Shown here in pieces: positions 36,531 to 50,537 of a DNA stretch of 64,000 nt. The position numbers and the translations under genes were made by a program. The stretch covers positions 5,396,001 through 5,460,000 of the forward strand of contig CM119373.1 in NCBI GenBank assembly GCA_051294905.1, in the 5' to 3' direction. The first letter of the stretch is position 1. Every line of letters begins with the position of its first letter. The stretch is from Botryllus schlosseri. Lineage: Eukaryota. The notes under the pieces were generated by a model. It saw nothing but the letters and a program-made list of their open reading frames with translations. It was not told the DNA's origin and did not search any database.

Positions 36531-38669
36531 TTCCCCACCAGAAACCATTCAATTCCCCACCAGTGGGGAATTCCCCACCGTTTGGGAACCACCGGTATAG
36601 AGTCTAGAGATCAGTTGTTCTTAACCTTTTTTAACGCAGACTTGTAATTTTTGTTTTGATATTTGTGTGGACCCGTGAAATTTTGAATGCAAAATGGAAA
36701 AAGATCACTATCGGTCAGTCGTAATCACGACCTCATAGCAATTTTCATAGTTCGCCTTTTTAGGCCTGGTGTTCCACGACATAAATTCCATAGTGTTCAT
36801 GGATCTTTGCTCTTGTTGTCTCGGGAACGTCTTTCAACCTCTCCTTCAGTCATTCTTCTGTCTTTACACTTTACGTTTGGGCTTTTCAATGCACTGCGAT
36901 CACAGTGAGGTCGGTGACGAGGAGCCCGGATACACCTCTGACACGTGGAAGTTGGACAAAAACGTAGTTCGAAACAACTTTCATTGGTGTCGTGACGCTG
37001 GTGTTTAACAAACTGCACCATTCGCTTCCCCGTACATACAGGGGTGATCAACCTTTTCGGCCAACGGGCCAACCGCAATTGACGAACCATTGCGCAGGCC
37101 GCCACCCGCACCAGTCGCAAGAACTTTTCAAAGTTCATAGGACAATAATAGGCAATATTATAGTTACTTGAAGATATTGTGGGACTGCTGTATATCACTG
37201 GGCTCAGTTTGCAACGACAGGACTTGAGGACTATCCAGCGCCCGGACATATCGATATCGAAAACTTCGGCCAACATGCGTCAATCCTTTTGTGCCTAGGT
37301 TTCATCGTCGACGATCAGGAGGGGGTAACAATACTAAAAGCATGAAATCGAGTGAAAACATAATGCGCGAAGCGTGAAGACTTTTTTTAACTTTAGATCA
37401 GTGGTTCTTACCCTTGCCTCTAGTGCCCCTCAAGGGGCGCTGGCGATTTTGAAAGGGCAGGAACGCTCATGGGGGGGGGGCACTGAAGGAAAATGGCTGC
37501 GCTGTAGATTATGATGTATTAGTAATACATATCCTTAATGAGTATTCAGAGCAAATTAACATTTCACAGAACATATCAAATCTCGAAATTTTTGGTTGCG
37601 CTACGCGTCGACATTTGCTACATATCTTTTCATAAATGTAGTGGGTTATTATAATTCATATGAAATGGATTGCGCGTACTTTTATATCGCCAATTTCCCG
37701 TTAAAACACTACCGTCACGCTTATAGGGTTATTTTCAACACAATGTATCGAACTAGGTATTGTATCCTGCAGCGCAGAGCGTCTGGATATCGAAGGAGAC
37801 ACTATACATCACTTTTAAGAGCGAGAGCACCTTGTACATAAAATATGCGTTGAAGCTTTGTGCACGAAAGGAATAACTAAATACACTTGTATTTGAGAGC
37901 TACATAATTAAATCGTCAGAATATTTCTTCATCGCATCATACAGGAAGACACTATTGAGTGTTGTGGTCCACAATCTCACATTGACGTTAAATAATGCGA
38001 GTTGATTGGTTTGGAATACATTCATGATAAGATTATTAACTGGGTACAGTATAGATTCAATGTGAGCAGATATATGCATCCCATTCTCAGTTAACTTACT
38101 TAGTCACACAAAGCACTGAAACAAAATCGAATACCATTAATTTTCCCGTAATATGGGCTACACAATTATTATATGGTTTATTATTATCGATTTGGCCTCG
38201 AGCGCGACCTCTTACCAGGACCGAAACAGCTGCAACCCAAACCCAATATCGCGGGGGGGGGAGGGGGGAGCTCGAAGGGTGCCCTAAATTATATCGGTGA
38301 TTGAACATAAATTACACTTCATCTCTAGACGACTCCCCTTCGAAAAAATACGAATAATTATAGAAAATTGAAATAGGCATTTCGGCGTCTGCCATTACCG
38401 CGCCACCTATACATAATATTTGTATATAACGATATTTGAAGGCGGAGAACTAACGAAATTTGGTGTCGTAAGGTAGCTAATTCTAAACTGTCGTAACTCG
38501 TTATCGCTATTATGTCATATTACACTGTTCCAAGCATCAAAGCTACCACTGACGAGGTTGTCCAATGAATATCGTTAGTCAAAATGATCAAACAGAACGA
38601 ATATGAGCTCAGCATAATATGTTCTGGTATTTGACAGACTTTAAATATAGCGAAAAATAATTATGTGAG

Positions 38670-39525
38670 TTACAAAATGTGAAAAAGTGTACTAGTAGAA
38701 TTATTATTATTTCATGAATAACTAGTTTTCTATCTACTTTACACTTTTTTCGTGCTTTTTTACATTTTATTTTTCATTAAAATTGGTATTCATTTTACAA
38801 AAACGTCGCGTAAAGGAAAAGTATTTGTACATTTCGAAGTACTCAAGTATAAATTTTGCCCACTTGCCCTATACTATCGAAAACATGAGTTAACTGGCAT
38901 CATCTCGACTCATGTGGTTCAATATTTTTTTAAACTCAGATATAGCGTATCAGGACTTTGTGAATTTTTTCAATTAGTTTATATTCCGAATTTTATTCAA
39001 AACTGAAACTGTTAAGCACTACTAAAAGTGTTATAAAATGTGAAAAAGTGTACAACTAGCAATATTATTATGTCATGAATATGTAGTTTTCTATCTACTT
39101 CACATACTTTTTTCGCGCTTTCTTACTTTTTTATTTTTCATTAAAATTAGAATTCATTTTACAAAAACATTTGGGAGTACTCAAGTATAAGTTTTGGTCA
39201 GCTTATTATATGCTCAGTATATTACATGTCAAGAATTGTATAGCATTTTATGTGGGTGCTCTGCGAGTGCTCGTCATTGAGTGTCCGTGGTCGGCGATAA
39301 GTTTAATTCCGAAAAATTAAAGAGCTCAAATCAGGCCGGTCGCCAACATAGTGTTGCATGGAATAATGGAATAGGACCTCAGTTGTATTTTGTGGGTTTA
39401 CGGAAGCGACGTAATGATTAATACCTAAAAATGATTTACTTAACATCTCGACTCATGTGGATTAATAATTTTTAAAAATTAAAATATAGTGTATCGGAAC
39501 TTCGTGAATTTTTCGATTAGCTTTA
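38670..39525 (+). repeat. Local AT-rich tandem duplication
   Basis: aaaatgtgaaaaagtgtac at ~38674 and ~39035; catctcgactcatgtgg at ~38901 and ~39444. Confidence 0.7.
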
Positions 39526-40168
39526 CTTTTCACCTAACTTGTTGTCTGTCGTTATATTCATCAGACTCGCTTTCATGCGGCTACTTTGTCCCTATCGTTA
39601 TAACGTTGGGGATCGCGTACCTGCAGCGGAAGTGTTTGTTTAATTATAGCGCAGAGAATTGCGCGCCTGCGGCTATTCCGTCGGTATTTTAATACTGATT
39701 TAATTACCCTTATACTCGACATGCAAAAATTATGCAGGCATAATGAAGTCCTATTCAGTTATACTGCGAGCTGATAATAAGTCAAAATCGCATTTTATAA
39801 TAATTAATTAGTGATGATGATGTTGCTGCCCAATCACTATGATATATCATCATAAAAACCACGCCTACTTCATCGTTGATGAGTGTTATCTAAGAGCTCA
39901 TATTATCCGCGAATATACAAGTCCTAAATGCACATATTAATAAAATATCAGGCGAATATATTCTTGCATATAGACATCATAGTTTTCGAAATTTATGTAT
40001 AATCTGAATGTTATTTATTTCTCGAAAGCAAGTTATTATCAAGTCTCGGAATTTAATCACTTTTACAAAATGTACCCTTAGAGCATGAAAATGGGCGTGG
40101 CAATTGGATGAGAATTAGTCCTAAATACACATAATAGAATATCTGAGGTAAGTATCGATAGTGTAGCT

Positions 40169-40270
40169 GCGAGCGATGATCATAAATATACACGACAATA
40201 GTCTTGCGGTGAGCGATGAACATAAATACACACGGCGATAGTCTAGCGGTGAGCGATGAACGTAAATAGC
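40169..40270 (+). repeat. 40-bp minisatellite, ~2.5 units
   Basis: G(C/T)GAGCGATGA(T/A)CATAAATA(T/C)ACACG..ATAGTCT.GCG repeated. Confidence 0.75.
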
Positions 40271-41583
40271 CTGACGGGTGGTAACAAAAGCGGATACCCC
40301 TACTACTGTAGTGGCATGTATAGAGTCGCAATGTAAAAGTCGAAAATGGGGGGGGGGCGGCGGCTTTTGTTCTCCGGCTATGACAACTTACGGCTAACAG
40401 CAACGAAAATAATTCGGACTATATAATAACTGCAAGTTAATGCTGAACAAACCATGTCTTCCGGCAGGGTCATATGTCGTATTCCGTTTAAAAGAGTGTG
40501 CATAAAACTTTGCCTGAAGTGTATTTGATGTGGATCTACGGTACTTCGGCATATTGCATTATTGAAGCATAAAAATAGCCAAAGTTGCAATTTAAAATCA
40601 ATTATTAACTTCCTGTAGAAGTAGGTATATCACGGCCGTAACTGTAAGCTAACATGAAGTATAGAGAATATTGTTCGAATATTTATTGAACTTTGTCGAA
40701 TTTTCTTCGCGCTTGCCACGATTTGTTGTTGCTGTCTATCATGATATTAATATGGGTGCCACTCCGCCAAGAAAAAAAATCGCATAGGCCTACTTTATAA
40801 AGAGATAAGCATTTCGGTGTCTGCCAAAACGTTGACAGTGACGTTTCGGCAAACATGTGACTCAGCACTCAGCGAAGTGTGCTGCCAAATGACATATTCG
40901 ACAAAACTCCTGAGCTAATCCATCATATAACCCTTTGTTGGCGAATCAAAGAGAGAAAAATACTAGAAATAGTTTTATGGCATGTTTTTTTACAACTTAA
41001 AACATCGCACTAAATTAGGGTTGCCATACGTCTAGAATTTCCCGGACATGTCCGGAATTTCACTGTTAAAATTGCGTCCGGGAAAATGTCTAAAATATGC
41101 CTAATTGTCCGGAATTTTGAAGGCTTGCAGTAAGCTCATAATGGTTTCCTAAATCAACATATACAATATTATATTCGGGCAGATTTATGCTACATGAAAT
41201 TTTTCTTCGCGTTCCGCGCGATCTAGTGTCACACTTGTTGGTTTTAGTATGGGGACTACCACCCTCGTAAAAACTGCGATCAAAATAAATGAAAACAACA
41301 TTCATTTACAGAAATAAGTCTAATTGTAATCACAATATGGTAACCCTAAACGACATGCATTCTGAGTATTTAGGGAGCTTCGGAAAGCTGTAACCAAAGT
41401 TGCAAAAACTTGCCCTATTCATCACGTCTTACAGTAAATGTACCTGTGAATGTGATCAGATCACCTATATCCATTACATAGGTTAGTGACGTATTACATT
41501 TAATAACTTTGAAAGATAAAAGCTCCGTTTCCTGATCAACCTCGTTCGCGATTCACATACTATTGCAGTACTGAGTTCATCAG

Positions 41584-42962
41584 TAGGGGAGACCGGGGAC
41601 AATTGTAACACTTTTCGTATTTTCCAACATTACGTGTATTTCTCGTGGAAATTTCACTTCCAAAGTTTTATATAAAGAAGCCAACAACTCGATAGTTGAT
41701 ATGAAAACTACATTGGAACTCAATCAACAATCAATCATGGAAATTTTGGGTCGCAAAAATCGCTGCTCAAATGTTACAATCGCCCCGTACCCAGGGGCAA
41801 TTGTACCACCCTTGCGGGGCAATTGTAACAGTGTTATTTATAACTAAACACAAACTAAATGAACAACGAAAACGGAAGCACAAATTGTAATATTGCATGA
41901 AACTAAAGGAAGAGACGTTTGAACGCTTCCAGGCTACGCCCCATCGCATTTTGGCATCTGAATGCAATATCCCCCTTCGTGTCTTGTTCAAGCTCAAAGT
42001 GTAAAAGAGACACACTCATTCCATCATCTCCCTACACATATCCGGCCTCTTCTACCAAGGTTCTGTTGTTCAGCTGGCATAATGGGTTGGTCATTCGGTC
42101 ACCTGTGAAGGTGCAAAACCGACCTGGCTAACGTATCTTGGTTGAATAGGCCGATGATAGTATAGTAAAACGAGGACGCAAAATTGTGTGGCGTCAAAGC
42201 TATAATGACATTTATCTGTGCTGTAGAAAATTAACATAAATTGTTCACATCAAATATCATAATGTAAGTGGGCCATGATCAAAGTCAGAGGACCAGAATT
42301 AAGCCTTGACTATTGAAGTTCGACACACCAAAAGTCGATCAACATGAGAAAGGGTGGTTGAATCACGAAAATAACCGAACCGTCAGATTCACATCACCAC
42401 TATGGTATGGCCGTTTCGACAGATGATCATGTTAGAATTGGTATCGCAAGGCAGTATCTGTTCTGGTGAACTTTTGGCTGTTGCAAGATTATTCTGCAGT
42501 AGATGAATGGTAATGCCAACATATGAACCGAGACATTCAGAATTGATAACATATTGTAACGGGGCAAAAGTAACAGAGTGTTACGATTGCCCCTGACACG
42601 CTCGACCATGATTAGTGTCTCAGTATGGTACCTTCCCGGCGATGCAAGTCCTATTCTTTCCATCACCACGATAGACTATAGTAACATTGTTCCAGCTACA
42701 CATATTACGTTGTAACTACTTGAGGTACTATTCGTCCAGACAAATTATTCCAGACCAGAAAAACTTTACTCAAGGGTCAAAAATTTCGTTTTTTGCAAAT
42801 TATTCCGGGGCTTCGCATCGTAGCTCAACTTAACTCCAGGTATAACAGGAGAGATAACTACTGCATGCGCACTTAAAATATCAAGCTGATTTTTCCATCC
42901 TACTAGCGGTGAGGTTGATTGTTACATTTGCCCCTAGTTGCATTTGTCCCCGGTCTCCCCTA
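41584..42962 (+). mobile_element. pogo/Tc1-mariner-like relic
   Basis: Inverted ends TAGGGGAGACCGGGGACAA / TTGTCCCCGGTCTCCCCTA; faint DDE-type remnants (ERFQATPHRI; SQYGTFPAMQV). Confidence 0.55.
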
Positions 42963-45649
42963 AAGGCTGTGTGTGCATAATGAGATGTATGCATAATGTG
43001 CTGCACTTGAAGTTCTTGGAGGCTCTGGCCAAAACAATCGTCTTCCTTGAACTCAACAAATATATGCCCCCCAAACCAATATTTTTTCCTCCTATAGTAA
43101 ACTATTTCACACGGCTATACGAAGTGATGGATATTGCGGTTGACTCACAGTACAGATACGAACGTGATTGACAGCGATGTGTTTATGGTTCTCAATTTTG
43201 AAAAGAGGACACCAAATGCTAGTCAAGGTATGACCTCGAAGCCGTGCATTTTTTTTAAATTGGCAGGAGGCTCGATTTCCTCATTCTAATTTAGTTTCGA
43301 GCCAGCTATTATTTGTGAAAGCTGAACTTTGCTCATTACGATGGCCGCGTTTCCACTGCTCTCTGCAACTTTGCAATTGACTGCCTTGATTACGACAGTT
43401 ACCTGTTCTACTGGTGGGTAGATGACTTAGATTCATTTTCAATTATTTCTCTGCTATAGTCATAGGGACTCTTGGATGTACAAAACGTCAGTATACAATT
43501 GAATATATGTATAGATTTTCATTTTTAAGGTAAGTGGGATATTATCAGCAGGCATTCGTCTGGGGTAACCGTCAGCAATTATAATAGAGAATTTACAAGA
43601 AAATTGTATATCAACAATATCATGACCAAATATGACGTCACCTACATTGCATTTTGAGAAATGGAGGCCAGAGCTCCATATACTATTTGTTATTATGCAT
43701 ATACATCGACTCTTTTTGTTGGCACAAACCAGAATTTTGATAGCAGTCGTCTCCCAGGTACATGAATGTGAGATTGAACGTCCTCTTCCTACGACGCGAA
43801 AAGTGTCGTCTCTGTGATTGGTTTATCGATTAAATGTTTGACAACTGCAGAATTCACAACATTACCCTGTTCGGATTAAAGTTTTGGACGCACATGCATG
43901 AGGCTGCAACGTGCAATATAATTGGGATTGCCTTCGCACGGATGATGGAATAGGAATCGGAAGTAGACAGTCAAATTCCATCCATTTTGGTGGAAACAAC
44001 GTTTGAAAAACTACCGTTTCGTAGATCAGTGTGCGACTTACCGTGTTACCTTTGTCCTCCAAAACGTCACTTTTTTCGTCTAATGATCATAGTTTCGATG
44101 TTGCTGAAATAATGTATTTAGAAATACATTTCCGGCATATTTTCACGTGTGAGATCCTACGAAAGGCACCAAGATTACTCAGTAGGGTGGTTCAAAAATA
44201 TCTTTGTTCTCCGGATTCGCCGATGAAATTGGCTTAATTGTGCTCTCATATATATTTTATCTAATTCATGAACGTTATCGCAGGTTTTTTCCAGACTAAA
44301 AAAAACGCATCGAGAAACCCTCATCCTCCCTTCAGACATGCCTTGAATACGATGTTTGGTCTTGTCGAAGTTAAAAAAATTGGCCACAGGAAATACTATT
44401 ATTTCGTCAAATTGTCAAAATTTCAACTGGCTGTGAATCGGCTCCTGCTGGTTGGATTTGAGCCAAACTTGGTGCGCAGCCTTTTGTTATGCAACCTTGA
44501 TATTTGATGTGTGAATCCAAGAAATCTGGAAAAAACTATTTCTGAACAACTCAAGTACTCTAAATAGATTGGATGCCACGATATAGGCCTGCTTTGCAGA
44601 TATGTAGAACAGAAACTATGGTGGTCATAGCGCGGAATTTTTGCTATTTAATAGAATTACTATCAAACTCGACGTTGAAATTCTGAAAACCATAATCCGG
44701 AATCCAAGCTGGGACAAGGCAATGGATCAAATCTAACGAAAGCTACTTAAACCAATGCAGGTGGGGAGAGTCAACAGAGCAATTCTCTCCTCCAGTTTTG
44801 ATTTTAGAATAATTCATTGTTACGCCATCATCAAATCTCTGAACGTCACAATAACACAGGAGGGTTGTGGCATATTAGAAACCTACTCTGTACATTATGG
44901 AAATGTAGTCAGTAGAGTTAGTAGCTTGATTAAAATATCGTGTTCAGACGAATCCGAACCTTATGAAGTTTTGAATTATTCCAAATAACTATGTATACAC
45001 CAGCATAAAGTAACGAAGATGATCCACAGTAGGCGATGATATAGAAATGACCACAAACTACATTATATGCAATTGGTTCTACAATATAATTATACATTTC
45101 AAATAGCAAAATCATGTCTTTCCAGACATAATTCACTCAACGTCTACATGCGGAACAAAGGAAATCAACATAGTAAGTTGATTACATCGACTCTTGACAG
45201 TTATCATTATTGTTTTTAAACTGAAAAAAATCTAGTTCCCGTTTCTCCACTCCATTAAGTTGGTATTATATTAAATCATAATATTTCTAGCCCACACATG
45301 TCAGTGGTAATTATCAGCAAATAGCAAAGAGGTTCATGTTTTGTTTATGGTTTCTCAACAACGTCACTGTACCCATTGATGTTGGTGAATATGGGCTCAA
45401 ATACCGATTTATATGAATGTAGTCAATCAACTATTGGTAGAGTATGTTCTGTTTGCGTGAAACACCCTTTGTGATATTAATACGCCATATTCGTCAACTG
45501 TCCAGCTATCAATTTCTATATTTCCTTTGACAGGACATTTCAAGTGAGTCAATTTTCTACTTCATCGGCCCTGATTTCCGTTGGAAGTTATTTTCTCTTA
45601 AGTTCACCCTGGTCATGGCTAATTTAATAATGTTGGTCGGGCCTAATGC

Positions 45650-45971
45650 ATGCCTCAGGCGACGATCATTAATATAGTCGGTTACTCACTTCTAACAGCA
45701 GTAATTGTTCGAACAGACGCAGAGAGTTTGCAATTACTGGAAAGAGCATTTACAGGGGCTGGTGGAAATATCGTTTCCGTTCAAACTCGCATAGCGAAAA
45801 AAGAGGAAGAGTTATCAACCCCCGTTCCCTTTACCCGAATTACCAAAACACAGCCAATTACGACCGAGACAACATCACCTGCAACAACAGTAGCAAGAGA
45901 ATCAAGAATAACAACAACGACAGCAAGAGGAAGTGAGCCTGTGATAACTTCAAAAGCACAACAGCACAAAG
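45650..45971 (+). CDS. Gene 2 first coding exon: signal-peptide-like N-terminus plus Thr-rich mucin-like stalk
   Basis: ATG 45650; MPQATIINIVGYSLLTAVIVRTDA hydrophobic leader, then TKTQPITTETTSPATTVARESRITTTTA; donor AAAG|gtaggc is phase 1 and joins (G+CT) to 49906; spliced ORF 954 nt = 317 aa. Confidence 0.8.
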
Positions 45972-46461
45972 GTAGGCGAGAAAATAGGTTGGAGAACATG
46001 TGGAGATACATAACGATCGCTCGTTATTACCTGAAGACAAATTGCGTGTCACCGATTAAATTTAGACAAAACATAGGCCTACATGTGTATACCCAGCATA
46101 AGCATATTTTAGTGCTATTTTGGCCTTTTCCCCAGTCCATTCGACTTCATCTCAATAATACCACCATACCAATCTAATTTAGAAACGCTTATTGCATGTT
46201 ACTCATCACTTGAAATCGGCACTTTTCTGCAGATCTCCTGAATTTTCTCTTCCTTCCGCACACCCAGACGCAAAACAGACACAAAATCGACGTTACCGAC
46301 AGTGGCAAAATAGCTGTAGCTCATTATTACCTAGCTCTAATGAAATTCCACTTAGACTGTATGATGTTGATACTGACGCTTTCTTAACTTCGCTTAAACG
46401 CCGACTGCCATTAAGTATGGTTAGCACAGCTATCCGTCACCGGACAACCACTTCCTTACAT

Positions 46462-46910
46462 TAGGCTTACCATATTTCGGAAATGAAAAAAGAGGACACT
46501 TTTTCAGAAATTTCAGACATGCAAAACTGGAGAAGAATTCTCAAAAACCGGTAAATTTTTCCCACTTCATGGTCGGTTGACTAAAAAAAAAAAAAAGGTC
46601 ATCACTTCCGCTCAGAGCTCAAAAACACGTTTTTTACTCCACATTGCTAGGTGGATGACTAAAAAAAAAAAAGGTCTTCATTTCGCTCAGACCTGAAATC
46701 ACCGCTTTTCCCTCCGAAATCCCCGCCGGAGCTTCACTTCTGCGCTAATTTGCGGCATATCACTCGCAATTTCCGCTATATCTGACCTAAATTTTCAAAA
46801 AAGAGGACAAAATCTCAAAAAAGAGGACAAAAGGGCGTCCTCCGAGGACACTTTCAAAAAAGTCAAAAAAGAGGACAAATCCTCTTAAAAGAGGACGTAT
46901 GGTAAGCCTA
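46462..46910. mobile_element. hAT (Tip100-like) MITE in the gene 2 intron
   Basis: TAGGCTTACCATA...TATGGTAAGCCTA; exact TSD CCTTACAT; repeated AAAAGAGGAC motifs. Confidence 0.88.
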
Positions 46911-47326
46911 CCTTACATCCCTATATAGCCTATACTAACATTATGTTTGTCATGCTGTAGTTTGTACTTATCATACTCGTACACTCAGAGCCGTAGCTGC
47001 CGCACCCCAAAACCCTTCATTTGGGGGGTGAGCTCGAAGGGGGTACCAAAATTATTTCGTGAATAGACATATATAATTGAGTATTTGTTTGGAATTTTAT
47101 GCAATTTTATCAAAAAAGATTCGCCTCATTTATTGCCTTATTTCTTGAATATTGGATATTCTTCCCCTGAGAAAGAATACGCATGATTTATAAAAATGGG
47201 CAATGTCACTGCGCCATGACGCACCAAGGCATATTAGGTTGACAGCCATGTAACATGGGACTCCAACAAGTGTGACAGAACGATCGGCAGCGAGAGAACC
47301 TTGACCGAAAAGGACTTCTCTTATGG

Positions 47327-49247
47327 CAGGGGTGACCAACCTTTTCGACCGAAGGGTCATATACAAGCGACGCACCATAGCGCGAACCACTATCCGCGCG
47401 AAGCGCGAAAATTCTTAAGAGTATTTAGTTCAACAATAGGGCAACAATATTGTTACTTGAGTATATTGCGGGCCTGCTGTATATCGCTGGACTCGGTGCT
47501 ACAGGGACTAGACCAGGGGTTCTCAAAGGGTGGGCCATGGCCCACTGGTGGGCCACAGGAGCATTTGAGGTGGGCCACAGAGTTATTTGGGAAATTTTAG
47601 AAATAATGTAAGTGTAGTAATATTTGTTGTGTTAATCGCTAAAAAACCTATTCATATTAGTTGATTATACGTAGGCTACATAAAGCTTTTCATCCGACTC
47701 TGACGAGACGTATAGTGGTACGTATGGAGTCAGCATTTAAAGTCGAAAATGGGAGGCAGAAACGGCGGCTTTTTCCACTGGCTATGACTACCTATGGCTA
47801 ACAGCAACTAAAATAATTTCGCGTATTTAATACCTGGAAGGTAATGCTGAAGTAACCAAGTGTTCCGGCAGGGTCATACTGTCGTATGCCGTTGAAAGGG
47901 GTGTGCAATAAAATCGGAATGAATTGTAATTGATGCATAGATTTACTGTACTTCGGCAGGTCGTATTATTGTAAGTTAAAAATGGCCACAATTGCAAATT
48001 ATTAGCAACTTCTGGTGGAGGTATACTGCACCACCGCAACGAATAGTAATGGATTGAGGATTCAGCGGAGCGCAATAATACTTGGAGTCTGTTTTAAATG
48101 TCATGCCTGAAAATCAATGTACGTAATGTAAGAATCACATGGATTGAATATTCCGACATCGCAACTTCAGTTGGTTCAGTACGTGACATTGTACATTGTA
48201 CAGCATGCATAATAAGAAAATCTTCCTCCACTCCTCTGTAGTACCCCATTCACCAATGCAATGTTTGAAGCTGGCCCCGAGTGATTATACTATTCCCCTC
48301 AATTGTGGAGCTAAAATCCCAATCACACAGTGTATGCGGGAATTCGATCATTGTGTTTCGCGAAGCGCATGGAGAAGCGGACGATCATAAAATACTTTAG
48401 CATATGATCTACCAGAGCCGTAACTGCCGCACCCAAACCCCCAATTGGGGGAGCTAGAAGGGGCCCAGCAAAATTATTTCGTTGGTCGTTTGTTAGAAGA
48501 TATTAATTCAACTTGAAAATTTCCGTCGCGCTTCGCGCGACTTCATGCCACGCGATGTTTATATTTTAATGTCACAAGTATATTAGGCGAAAAATTCTCA
48601 TATTTTAGAGAAATAAGAATATCGGGGCCGTCGGTTACCACGCATTGAAAAGGATTATTACTTTGAGATTAGAGGTGGGCCACAGCACATTTTCAAACCG
48701 GAAAATGGGCCACGGCCGAGAAAGGGCTGAGAACCCCTGGACTAGACTATTCGGCGTCTGGACGTATCGACATCGAAAGCTTAGGCCAACATGCGTCAAT
48801 CATTTTGTGCCTAGATTTCATTGTTGACGGTCTTTCTGCGAGCGCAATCGCAAGGTCGCATGTTGGACGACGCTTTCTCTCGTAATTGCGAATATAGATA
48901 TACTCAATGTGGTACATTAGGCGTTCTTCCATTTTCAGGAGGGTGTAGCAATATTAGAAGCAAGAAATCCAGTGACAACATATTGCGGGAAGCGTGACCA
49001 AAAAAATTACTTCAGGGATATCTGCTGGAGAATATTATGCTTTATTGTAATGAACGAATATCTAACAAAAATCTGACTGTTATTCCAGTCGTCACATCCA
49101 AAGTGTTGCGGCCAGACTAATCAAATTTTTTGTTGGGCTTGCAACTTCAAAATCTGGGCAATCCATTTTTGATAATAATACTAATTTCGAAAATAACCTC
49201 GTGGGCCACTCAAAACCCTCTTGCGGGCCACGGGTTGACCGGCCCTG
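47327..49247. mobile_element. hAT MITE containing a second MITE (47514-48739) in the gene 2 intron
   Basis: Outer CAGGGGTGACCAACC...GGTTGACCGGCCCTG with TSD tcttatgg/ccttatgc; inner CAGGGGTTCTCA...TGAGAACCCCTG with exact TSD GACTAGAC. Confidence 0.8.
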
Positions 49248-49905
49248 CCTTATGCTGACCGAAAAGTTCGATATATATACATATATGCTTAATTCCCCTA
49301 AATGGCTGGCGAAAAAAGTTCCTGTACCGTCAATCTGGACCCCACAAGACAAATGCCATCCTGCAGAAAAGAATTATTTGCCAGTGACGAAATACTAATT
49401 TAAAACCATGTGCTTCTTTTAGTATAGTACGTTTTGACATAGCATACAGGATGTCACGAAATAACATCATGTAACGAAGTCAACCAACTGGTCAACCCAA
49501 AGATGTTTAATCATTATTTACGGGCCCTATAATTAATATCCAAGACACCTCACTCATCTGTACCGGTAAATCTGATTACGTGAGCAGACATAGGGAAAAT
49601 TGATAGCATGAGGCAATTCCCGATCATAATAACCGATTAAATCATAAATTATGTAAAATATTCGCGCTTGGCGCTTTTAGCCCGAATAATCCGACTCGTT
49701 AAACAGTACTACAATTCTCGCTGACAAGTAGCGCATAAAACATATAGCGTGATGGGGGTCCAGAGGGTCCGTGACCAACATTATTATTTTTTTGAGGGGA
49801 GGGGGGTACTGACGAAGTGCTGTTTCGGTCCTGCGTACACTTATATGTAATGACGCAATTCGAGTCACGGCATACCATACGTCATTTATAAAATCTCAAT
49901 TTCAG

Positions 49906-50537
49906 CTTGCAACGTTTCTTTCTTCACATTTACCGCACACACGCACAATGATTACGTGTTGTACGATGGCAGTTTACCTGAGATGTCATCACTCACCGTA
50001 TGCGTCTGGATAAAGCCTGCCAGCGGAACAGCCTCCGTGAAAGGGTCGCTTATAAGTTACTGCGCTAAAGCCGCTAGGTATTGCAACACCTTCTGGGTGC
50101 TTCTGCTCTCAAATAGACAATTCATGTACGTGTTTGTTAACTCGGTAGTCCATAATTTCTCGAGCGTCCCCTATATTGAGACACGTTCACATTTATGCGT
50201 GGTGGTGCAGCCAAACGACGTGGGTTTCTACATCAACGGCGATGAGCCAACGAATAAGATCGACCGTGCAGACTCAAAAAATATTCCAGCTGGCGGCGTA
50301 CTGATCTTGGGACAGGATCAAGACGGTGAGATAAAGGGTCGGTCACCAGGCAAACCGGAAAATCCGGCACAGGGTCTCCGTGGTGAAATAGAAGGGCTGC
50401 GTCTGTGGAAAAGAGGTTTGAGCACTGAAGAGATTGCGGAGGTGTACAATGAGGAATGTCACTGCTCGACATTTGACGAATCAAATTCGATCTTGCATGG
50501 ACACGTGACTGCACACTACGACATTTGCAATGGTTGA
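49906..50537 (+). CDS. Pentraxin-domain terminal exon, gene 2
   Basis: Acceptor caatttcag; CNVSFFTF...LTVCVWIKP...SLISYC...SHLCVV...FYING...AGGVLILGQDQDG...LRGEIEGLRLWKRGLSTEEI; stop TGA 50535-50537. Confidence 0.92.

Noticed and set aside
31700..45500. Short 60-160 aa ORFs in this interval as host genes
   Set aside because: No recognisable domains or consistent splice structure; many overlap MITEs or SINEs
45972..46177. C-terminal part of the 175-aa ORF 45650-46177
   Set aside because: Read-through past the phase-1 donor at 45971 into intron; composition changes abruptly
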